This document shows, piece after piece, positions 51,494 through 59,500 of a stretch of 64,000 nucleotides of DNA. Each line of letters begins with the position of its first letter. Positions within the stretch are counted from its first letter, which is position 1. The DNA comes from Spirochaetia bacterium (GTDB lineage: Bacteria > Spirochaetota > Spirochaetia > SZUA-6 > Bin103). The position numbers were made by a program, and so were the translations under genes. The notes beneath the pieces are model-generated. The model worked only from the letters and a program-made list of their open reading frames with translations, was not told where the DNA came from and did not search any database. The DNA lies in assembly GCA_965198005.1 (NCBI GenBank), contig CBDAOI010000004.1:704001-768000 (forward strand). The letters run 5' to 3'.

Positions 51494-51547
51494 GGTGACC
51501 GCTAGCCGGCGGCTGGGCTGGATGGCGTCGGTGCCCATACGCGGACG

Positions 51548-51577
51548 AGTATAAAGGCGCGTCCAAATCCGTGTCAA
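51548..51577 (-). promoter_or_regulatory. Near-consensus sigma70 promoter pointing to the SBP-dppB-dppC operon
   Basis: Minus strand TTGACA-N18-TATACT, ~410 nt upstream of ATG 51132. Confidence 0.55.
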
Positions 51578-51600
51578 GCACGACCCACCGCGTTCAGCAA

Positions 51601-51821
51601 TTCTCGGTGAACGGCTGGTAGAGGGGCAGAGTGTCATAAGCTCAAGCTCTCCGTATGTGAAATGCGACCATGCCCACCTGTTGGCCCACCGCGTGAACGC
51701 ACGACCCATAATACCCATTCCACCCGTGAACGGCAAGCACCGGACGCCCCGACCCGGAAGAAATTCTGTAACTGATTGCAGGTGATGTATTTAGCCACCG
51801 TCAAGCCAGCCCGGTGCGATG
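51601..51821. repeat. Dispersed non-coding repeat, copy 2 (longer form)
   Basis: Matches 926-1090; homology ends at CCGGTGCGATG. Confidence 0.9.
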
Positions 51822-51980
51822 ACCTGACCACCGTCAGCCACCGCCGGTCGGCCGATTCTGCGGGCTGGCGCGGTGCGGCGATCGGCCTTCGGGGGCGGTG
51901 CTCAGCCGCGGCCGGCACACCTGCGCCGCGGCCCTCGTCAGGGATCGTTCAGGGAGCAGGTTCAGTTCTCCAGGGAGCGG

Positions 51981-52240
51981 CTACCCGGACAGCGGCTGAG
52001 GCGGCGAGTTCATGCGCACCAACACTTGGTCCCACGAGGTAAACAGAAACAGCCGGAAGGCGGAGCGCACCTCGTCCCAGAATGCGCGGCGGGAACTGAA
52101 GAAGGTGCGGACCCGCTGGTACAGGCCGTCGACCAAGTCAAAGATCTGGTGCATGAGGAACGCCAGCAGATTAAGCACGAAGAACGCCTCCGACAGGTGC
52201 TGGTGGCCGTGGCCGAAGTTATGCTCCAGGTGGTAGCTGT
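51981..52240 (-). pseudogene. ISNCY-family transposase C-terminal fragment
   Basis: YHLEHNFGHG..HLS...LNLLAFL.HQ...R..FW. Confidence 0.75.
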
Positions 52241-52389
52241 CGGGTCTCACAATGTTCTGCAAGGATTTCTCCCGGTAATCTGGAGTCCACATTATTCTGG
52301 GGAATGGGCTCGGAAGTTGGCGTTCCGTTCCGAGCGCGTCCCTGGTGCGGAACGGGGGAACGGGGAACAGCGGCAGAGACACAGGGTGG

Positions 52390-52905
52390 TCACGCTGGCA
52401 GGTGCCAGCCGTGAGGGCCGCGGACGGCGAGGCCGCGCTGTTCGAGGGTTTGCAGGGCGCCACCGAGACGGGCGTTGTTGACGCGCAACTGTTGGCGCAG
52501 GGCGGTCCTGGAGAGCGGCTGGTCGGCGCTGCGGAGGGTAGCGCGCACCGCCTCGGGCAGCGGGGGCGGCGCGGCGGCGGCACGGTCGACGAGCAGCGAG
52601 AGCGGCGTCTCACCGCCGCCTGAGAGGCGCAGCAGGAGGGGATCGGGTGCGGGAGCACAGCGGTGCTCGACGGTGAGTTGCAGACGGTCGTCGGCGCGCC
52701 GCAGCAGATAGCAGGCGGAGTCGGTCCAGGCGTGCAGATCGGAGGAGCCGCGCAGGGACTGGCCGAGATTGCGGCGGGAACGCTTTGCCATGTGGTGGAC
52801 GAGGACCACAGCGAGTTGATAGCGGCGGTTGAGGGCGCGCAGAAAACCGAGCAGAGAAGAGATGTCTGAAGCGCTGTTCTCGTCGAGACAATGAAGTCGG
52901 ACTAG
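52390..52905 (-). pseudogene. AAA_25 (RepA/RecA-like) ATPase C-terminal half, cut at the IS1182 CTAG
   Basis: LVRLH.LDEN...VVLVHH..K...LRGSSDLHAW; Walker A half absent. Confidence 0.75.
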
Positions 52906-54777
52906 GAGTCTGTCGGAGTCATGGTCGCGGGGTTACGAAGTGAGCGAGCCGAGGGGAACGCCGTAGGCGGCCGCCTAGCTCGCCAGCGCTTGGTTGCGCT
53001 CGGTCGGGTGCCCAAAGCAGCCCTGCGGGAGGGATTGAGGCCCTGCGGGAGGGATCGTGATGCCAGCAACACCCTCCAAGGTGTCTCCGGCGCCCGTTCC
53101 GGTGCCACAGCTCGTCCACCGGGACCCACTGACCCCACTTATCCTCCTGCCAGGGCATACATCCGCTTCAGATTCCACGCCGTGCACACCAGACTCCATT
53201 CCCCCTCGGCGCCGCGTAACCCGCGCAGATGAAAGCGCCGGAATCCCAGCACCTCCTTGATCACCCCGAACACCGTCTCCACCGTGGACTTCCGCTTGCT
53301 ATAGATCGCCTTCCCCTCAGCCGTCTGCAAACGATGCTTCATCGCCGTCACCGCATCCGCATCAGCAGGACACTCCGGGGGTGCCTTGAGACGATCTTCC
53401 AGCGGCTGGTTGTGGCGTTCCCGGCTCCCCGCGATATACGGCTCGATGTCCTGTTCCACGCACCGATCCACGTTCTCTTTGCTGTGGTACCCGGCATCCG
53501 CCACCAGCGCCTCCGGCTTGCCCAGCTCGTCTGCCACCTTTCCCAACTCGGTCAGCGCCGGCGCCACTTCCTGCTTGTCGTTGGCCGCTTGGCTGACGTG
53601 GTTGCCCACCACCATGTGACTGTCATGCTCCACCACCGCTTGCGCGTTGAAACCCTGTATGAACTCCCCGTTCGCGCCCGGCATGATCCGTGATTCTTCA
53701 TCCGTGAAGTTCACTTGGTCCTTGTCTTTCGGTCCTGCTTCCGGCTCCTGCGGCGGCTCCCTCCCAGGCTTCTTACCAGTCGCTGCTTCCCGTTCCTGCC
53801 GTCGCTTCAGCTTCGCTTCGTACTCCGCCCGCTCCGCCGCATGCCGCTCCTGCGCCCGCTCCTTTATCTTCTCCTGCGCTTCCCGAATCGCCGCCAGCCG
53901 CTCCTCCCGGCGCTGTAATTCTTCCGGGATGTCCAGCTCCTGCTGTTCCTGCTCCCCCTCCTGGTCCGCTCGCTGCGCCAACTCCAGCAGCTTCTCTACC
54001 TCCCCCTCCAACTGCCGCTCCAGCTTCGTAGCATGCCCCCAGCTCATCGCTTTGTGCTTGCTCGCGTTCCCCTGCACCTTCGTCCCATCCAGGCTCACCC
54101 GTCCCAGCCGCAGCGTCCCCAGCGTCTTCGCCAGCACCAGAATCTGCTTGAACAGCCCTTGTAACTCCGCCAGAAACCGCTTGCGAAAATTCGCTATCGT
54201 ATCATGGTCCGGATGCTCATCTCCGCTGATGTAGCGAAACGCCACCGAATCGTACGTCGCCTGCTCCAGCTTCCGGCTCGAAAACACTCCAGTGGCGTAG
54301 CCGTAGAACAACAGCGCCACCAGCATGGCCGGATGATACGCCTGCTTGCCGCCGCTACCTCCATACTGGCTCGTTATTTCACCGAGCTCCAGTTGCTCTA
54401 CAATATCAACTACAAAACGCGCCATGTGCCGCTCCGGTAGCCACTCTTGAATGGACGCCGGCAGCAGCATCGGCGTGTCTCGATCAAGCGCACGAAAATC
54501 CTCGGCCATGAACACCTCGTGTGCAGAGTATGTGCCTGCAAGACTAACCTAAATCAATAACCATGTCCAGCCATCACCGCATCAGTGCAGCACGCTATTC
54601 CGGGTCCGTGATGGGCACTCTCGACTAATCCATGTGGCCATCCCTTCTGATCAAGGGGCCGCACAACCCAACGATCCGTGAGAACATGAATTCATACAGC
54701 CGCTCACAGCCGCTACTCTCTCTGGAGACCGCTGCCAGTCCCTTCCACCTGCTCCGTACGGTCAATCCGACAGACTC
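52906..54777 (-). mobile_element. IS1182-family insertion sequence, 1872 bp, flanked by CTAG
   Basis: Perfect 12-bp IR GAGTCTGTCGGA / TCCGACAGACTC; CTAG at 52902-52905 and 54778-54781. Confidence 0.92.
53139..54515 (-). CDS. IS1182-family transposase, intact
   Basis: YHP.ML, SSRKLE, PDHDTI..FR, LDGTK, NFTD.ESR, ADAGY, RK.TVE.VFG.IK. Confidence 0.95.
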   Translation of the reverse strand: MFMAEDFRALDRDTPMLLPASIQEWLPERHMARFVVDIVEQLELGEITSQYGGSGGKQAYHPAMLVALLFYGYATGVFSSRKLEQATYDSVAFRYISGDEHPDHDTIANFRKRFLAELQGLFKQILVLAKTLGTLRLGRVSLDGTKVQGNASKHKAMSWGHATKLERQLEGEVEKLLELAQRADQEGEQEQQELDIPEELQRREERLAAIREAQEKIKERAQERHAAERAEYEAKLKRRQEREAATGKKPGREPPQEPEAGPKDKDQVNFTDEESRIMPGANGEFIQGFNAQAVVEHDSHMVVGNHVSQAANDKQEVAPALTELGKVADELGKPEALVADAGYHSKENVDRCVEQDIEPYIAGSRERHNQPLEDRLKAPPECPADADAVTAMKHRLQTAEGKAIYSKRKSTVETVFGVIKEVLGFRRFHLRGLRGAEGEWSLVCTAWNLKRMYALAGG

Positions 54778-55029
54778 CTAGTGACGGTTGGCCGGTAGTG
54801 CCCGCGTGGATGGTGGCGGCGTGAGAGGTAGCGCTGCTCGCTCCTTGACCTGTTGCTCGACTGGGCCGACGACGAAGGCACCCGCTGTCGCAGCAGCTCG
54901 AATGGTCAGACCCCGATTGTCTCCGCAGCGATCACGCTCTGGTCAAGCGCAGCTCGCTGGTGGTGCTGTTCCCGAGCGGCCTGCCGACCGGCAGTGGGGT
55001 CCAGGCTCGCGGCTTGCGTATCGCTCGGC

Positions 55030-55411
55030 GCTCTACCATATACCTGTGGGAGTCCGCCGTGAAGGAGGTATCGCCCGAGGTCGAGGTCCGGGAGCTCCGC
55101 GGTCGTGAGCGGGAACAGGTTGGCTTGCCAAGCGCGCCCGCCGAGCAGGTTCACGCCGCCGCGCTTGAGCTTGCGGCCGCTGGAGCCGCTCAGCACGAAG
55201 TGAATCCCCTTCGTCTCGATCAGATCGTGCACCTCAGCCGCGACGGATTCTCGGCAAGCGGCAGGTACACGCTGCTGCGCAGGAGATTGATGATCGCGCG
55301 CGAGTTGAATTGCGTGCGCAGCAGTGTGGTCTTGCCGGTACTTCTGGGACCGAACAAGAACATCGACTTGCGCGTGGCAAGCTGCCTGACGTCCAGCGTG
55401 CGCGGGTACAC
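55030..55411 (-). pseudogene. AAA_14/DUF4143-type ATPase N-terminal remnant
   Basis: FLFGPRSTGKTT, then in another frame FVLSGSS.RKLKRGGVNLLGGRA...GGLP. Confidence 0.8.
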
Positions 55412-55498
55412 GAAGCTGTAGACTATCGGTACCGGGATACAAAATCAACGCCGCAGCCGCTGATTTTCGCGTTAATTCATCGGCGGGGCTGCGGACCA

Positions 55499-55518
55499 CT
55501 AGCTAGCTAGCTAGCTAG
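55499..55518. repeat. (CTAG)5 tract
   Basis: CTAGCTAGCTAGCTAGCTAG at the island/housekeeping boundary. Confidence 0.95.
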
Positions 55519-55590
55519 CGCCCGCGAGCGTGGTGAGCCTGATCCTGGCTCGTGCGCGCCGCGCGGACCGGGTACAATAGGGGCCGCATC

Positions 55591-56448
55591 ATGAGAATCG
55601 TACGCTATGCCAAGGGAGCGACGGTCGGGTACGGCTGTCAGCGGGAGGATGGATCGATCGTTGCCATTGACGGGGATCCGATCGAGGGAATGGCCGTGGC
55701 CGGCGCGGCCGGCGGCACGCGCGGCGGGATCGCTCCCTACTCGGTGAGCCGGCGGGTGATCGGCGGCGCGCGGCTGCTGGCGCCGGTGGTGCCGCGCAGC
55801 ATCCTGTGCATCGGCCTCAACTATCGCCGCCACGCCAAGGAGTCGGGAGCCGCGGTCCCCGACCATCCCGTGCTGTTCATGAAGATGCCGTCGTCGGTGC
55901 AGCATCCGGGCGCGCCGATCGTGCTGCCGCGTACGCTGCGCAGCGACGCGGTCGACTACGAGTGCGAGCTGGCCGTGGTGATCGGCAAGCGCTGCCGCAA
56001 CGTCAGCCGCCAGCAGGCGCTGGACTACGTGCTCGGCTACACCTGCGGCAACGACGTCAGCGCGCGTGACTGGCAGCTCCGGTGGGGCGGTAGCCAGTGG
56101 TGCCGCGGCAAGACCTTCGACACCTTCTGCCCGCTCGGCCCCGCACTGGTCACCGCCGACGAGATCCCGGATCCCAACGCGCTCGCCATCAAGACCGTGG
56201 TCAACGGCGACACGCTGCAGGACTGGAACACCTCCGACATGATCTTCGACGTGCGTCACCTGATCGCCTTCCTCAGCGGCAGCAGCACGCTGGAGGCGGG
56301 TACTGTGATCATGACCGGCACCCCGCACGGCGTCGGCTCGGCGCGCACGCCGCCGCGCTACCTGCAGCCGGGCGACACGGTCACCGTCGCGATCGAAAAG
56401 ATCGGGGCGCTGACCAACCCGGTGGTGGCCGAGGGCTCGACGACGTAG
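55591..56448 (+). CDS. Fumarylacetoacetate hydrolase family protein
   Basis: CIGLNY..H, DYECEL, NDVSARD, GKTFD, TGTP.GVG. Confidence 0.95.
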   Translation: MRIVRYAKGATVGYGCQREDGSIVAIDGDPIEGMAVAGAAGGTRGGIAPYSVSRRVIGGARLLAPVVPRSILCIGLNYRRHAKESGAAVPDHPVLFMKMPSSVQHPGAPIVLPRTLRSDAVDYECELAVVIGKRCRNVSRQQALDYVLGYTCGNDVSARDWQLRWGGSQWCRGKTFDTFCPLGPALVTADEIPDPNALAIKTVVNGDTLQDWNTSDMIFDVRHLIAFLSGSSTLEAGTVIMTGTPHGVGSARTPPRYLQPGDTVTVAIEKIGALTNPVVAEGSTT

Positions 56449-56467
56449 TCCAACCTGGCCCGGACCT

Positions 56468-56497
56468 GCGGAGGGGCGGCGGCGGCCGCCCCTCCGC
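56468..56497. terminator. Hairpin between convergent FAH and trkH genes
   Basis: GCGGAGGGGCGG...CCGCCCCTCCGC. Confidence 0.6.
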
Positions 56498-56498
56498 G

Positions 56499-58010
56499 TC
56501 AGCGGCGCCAGAAGGTGGGGGTGAGCAGCACCAGCACGCTGTATACCTCCAGCCGTCCGGTGAGCATTGCGAAGCACAGCCACCACTTCACGGCGTCGGG
56601 GTAGAACGCGTAGTTGCGCGTCGGTCCGATCCCCCCGAAGCCGGGGCCGACGTTGCCGACCGTGGCCACGCCGGTGGTGAGCGCGGTGGTCAGGTCCTGG
56701 CCGGCGCCGGCCACTACCAGGGTGGTCGTGAGTACCAATCCAATATAAAGGAAGAAAAACACCGCCACCGGATAGAGGATGTCCTTCTTCACCCGCCGGT
56801 CCCCGATCCTGAGGGTGAAGATGCCCTGCGGGTGGACCAGGTACCGGAGCTCGTTCAGCGCCTGCTTGAACAGCGTGGCCACCCGGATCACCTTGATGCC
56901 GCCGGCGGTGGAACCGGAGCAGCCGCCCACGAACATGACCACCAGCAGCACGGCGCGCGCCAGGTGCGGCCAGGCGTCGTAGTCCGCGGTCGTGTACCCG
57001 GTGCCGGTGAGGAGCGAGGCTGCCTGGAAGGAGGCGAACCGCAGCCCCTGTCCCAGCGACTCGTACACCGCCCCGGTAACCGACAGGGTCACCAGCGCCG
57101 CCGCCACCACGTAGATGCAGAAGAACGTACGCAGCTCCAGGTTGCCGAGCAGCTTGGCGGGGCGGCGGCGGAAGATCTGGAAGTAGAGCGAGAAGTTGAC
57201 CGCCGCCAGCAGCATGAACACGGTCACCACCACGTCCACGAAGGCCGAGTCGTAGGCGCCGACGCTGGCCGCGCGTGGCGAGAAGCCGCCGGTGGCAATG
57301 GTGCTGAAGGTGTGGGTCAGCGCGTCGAACGGCGCCAACCCCGCGGCCAGCAGCAGCGCCACCTCCGCCGCCGTCAGCCCGAGGTAGACCAGCCACAGGA
57401 TCTTGGCCGTTCCCGTGACCCGCGGCGTGAGCTTCTCCAGGGTCGGGCCGGGCGCCTCCGAGCGCATCAGCTTGAGGCCGCCGATCCCGAGCCGCGGCAG
57501 GATCGCTACGGTGAGCACCACGATCCCCATCCCGCCGAGCCACTGGGTGAGCGAGCGCCAGAACAGGACCGACCGCGGCAGCGACTCGATGTCGGTCAGC
57601 ACCGTGGCCCCGGTAGTGGTGAACCCCGACATGGTTTCGAAGAAGGCGTCGGTGTAGCGCGGGATGCTGCCGGTGATCACGTACGGCAGCGCGCTGAACG
57701 CGGACACCACCAGCCAGCTCAGCACCACCACCAGGAACCCGTCGCGGGTCAGCAGGGTGGCGTCGCGGTAGCGGCGGAAGTTGAGGAAGCCGCTCAGCGC
57801 GCACACCAGCGCCACGCCCGCCGCGACCGCGAACCCGATCATCGCCCGCCGCTCCCCGTGGATCAGCGCCACGACGATGCCGGAGGTCATGCACAGGGCG
57901 ACCAGCAACAGCAGCGCGGAGATGGTGTAGAGCACGGTCCCGGCCCGGTGCGGCCGCTCGCCCACCGCCGTCAGCGAGCGCCGGTCCGGCTGTGGCGTAT
58001 CGCGTATCAT
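56499..58010 (-). CDS. trkH: Trk potassium uptake membrane protein
   Basis: FETMSGFTTTGA, QWLGGMG, TGGFS, GGCSGSTAGGIK, GNVGPG, GRLE. Confidence 0.95.
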   Translation of the reverse strand: MIRDTPQPDRRSLTAVGERPHRAGTVLYTISALLLLVALCMTSGIVVALIHGERRAMIGFAVAAGVALVCALSGFLNFRRYRDATLLTRDGFLVVVLSWLVVSAFSALPYVITGSIPRYTDAFFETMSGFTTTGATVLTDIESLPRSVLFWRSLTQWLGGMGIVVLTVAILPRLGIGGLKLMRSEAPGPTLEKLTPRVTGTAKILWLVYLGLTAAEVALLLAAGLAPFDALTHTFSTIATGGFSPRAASVGAYDSAFVDVVVTVFMLLAAVNFSLYFQIFRRRPAKLLGNLELRTFFCIYVVAAALVTLSVTGAVYESLGQGLRFASFQAASLLTGTGYTTADYDAWPHLARAVLLVVMFVGGCSGSTAGGIKVIRVATLFKQALNELRYLVHPQGIFTLRIGDRRVKKDILYPVAVFFFLYIGLVLTTTLVVAGAGQDLTTALTTGVATVGNVGPGFGGIGPTRNYAFYPDAVKWWLCFAMLTGRLEVYSVLVLLTPTFWRR

Positions 58011-58030
58011 GCTGCCCTGATCGTGACCGC

Positions 58031-59428
58031 TCAGATGTTGAACATCTCCTCCATGCGGGCGATCGACTCGGTCTTGGCCACCATCGTGAGCTTGTCGCCG
58101 TCACGGAGGATGAAGTCGCCGCGGGGCACGACCTGCGTGCCGTCGCGGGTTACCGCCACCACCAGCGAGTTGTCCGGCATCCTGATTTGCCGCACCGCCT
58201 TGCCGACGAAGCCGCGCGACCCGTCCAGGGTGGACTCGATCACCTCGGCCAGGCCGCCGAAGATGCTGTGCACGCTCTTGACCTTGCCGCGCCGGATCAC
58301 CTTGAGAATCGTGTTCACCACGCTGTACTTGGGGCTGATGATCACGTCCGCGCCCAGCCGCGACGCGACGGTGAGGTAGTTGAACTTGTTGACCAGGGCG
58401 ATGGAACGCTTGATTCCGAAGGTCTTGGCATAGATCGCCACCAGGATGTTGAGCTCGGGATTGTCGGTGGTGGTGATGATCAGGTCGTGGCCGGCGAGCG
58501 CTTCCTCCGCGAAGAATCCTTCGGTGGAGACGTCGCTGTTGATCACCACCGCCTCGGGGAACAGCTCGGCCAGCCGCTTGCAGTTTTCGTAGCTGGCGTC
58601 GACGATCTTGAGGGTCTTCTCGCGCACGCCGAGGTAGCGCAGGACGCGCCGCGGGTGCTTTCCGTTGCGCCGGTCGGTCAACTCGCGCGCGACGAAGCTG
58701 CCCACCCGGCCGCCGCCCACCAGGATCACGTTCCTGAGATCCACCCGCGGGCGCCCGGCCCGGACGAACACCCGCTCCAGGACCTGTTCCGCGCCGATCA
58801 GGTACAGCTCGTCGCCGGCCGCCACCGTGGCATCGCCGCGCGGCACGAAGAACTCCTCGCCACGCGAGATACCCGCCACCAGAAACTCGTCGTCCAGCTT
58901 CTGCTTGATCGCAGCGATGCTACGGCGCGCGAACAGAGTGCGGTCGTCGACCAGGAAGTTGCGCATCTGGAGGTCGGAGTTCTCGAAGCTCATCACGTCG
59001 CTGGTGGCGCCCTGCTCGACCGACCTGGCGATGGCCCGCGCCGCTTCGATCTCGGGATTGACGAAGAAGTCGACGTCCGCGAAGGAGTGCCCGGAGTGGT
59101 TGGTGTTGGCGTACTCGGGGTTGCGCACGCGCGCGATCTTGCACGGCACCTCATGCTCGCTGGCCACCAGACTGCAGGCGACGATGTTGAGTTCGTCGCT
59201 ATTGGTGACGCTGATGAAGAAGTCCGCCCCGTCGATACCCGCCTCGCGCAACGCCGGCAGGCGGTTGCCGGAGTCGTTGATGACCATGCAATCGAGATGG
59301 TTGACCGCGTACTTGGCGGTCTCCGGGTCCTTCTCGATCAGCACCACGTCCTTGTGATCCGCGATCAGGTGGCGGGCGACCTGGAACCCGGTGGTGCCGG
59401 CGCCCGCAATCACGACCTTCTCAGACAT
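58031..59428 (-). CDS. trkA: Trk potassium transport NAD-binding subunit
   Basis: Two RCK N/C pairs (GAGTTG, GGGRVG), DELN, PRGD. Confidence 0.93.
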   Translation of the reverse strand: MSEKVVIAGAGTTGFQVARHLIADHKDVVLIEKDPETAKYAVNHLDCMVINDSGNRLPALREAGIDGADFFISVTNSDELNIVACSLVASEHEVPCKIARVRNPEYANTNHSGHSFADVDFFVNPEIEAARAIARSVEQGATSDVMSFENSDLQMRNFLVDDRTLFARRSIAAIKQKLDDEFLVAGISRGEEFFVPRGDATVAAGDELYLIGAEQVLERVFVRAGRPRVDLRNVILVGGGRVGSFVARELTDRRNGKHPRRVLRYLGVREKTLKIVDASYENCKRLAELFPEAVVINSDVSTEGFFAEEALAGHDLIITTTDNPELNILVAIYAKTFGIKRSIALVNKFNYLTVASRLGADVIISPKYSVVNTILKVIRRGKVKSVHSIFGGLAEVIESTLDGSRGFVGKAVRQIRMPDNSLVVAVTRDGTQVVPRGDFILRDGDKLTMVAKTESIARMEEMFNI

Positions 59429-59500
59429 CGACTCCAATATGGCGCCGGCGCGGGCGACCGGCAACAGCCACGACAGCCGCACCGCCGCGCTGATCGCGGC

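Noticed and set aside
37200-55520. Integron cassette array or prophage
   Set aside because: No integrase, no attC-like R/L boxes, mixed gene orientation and no phage structural genes.
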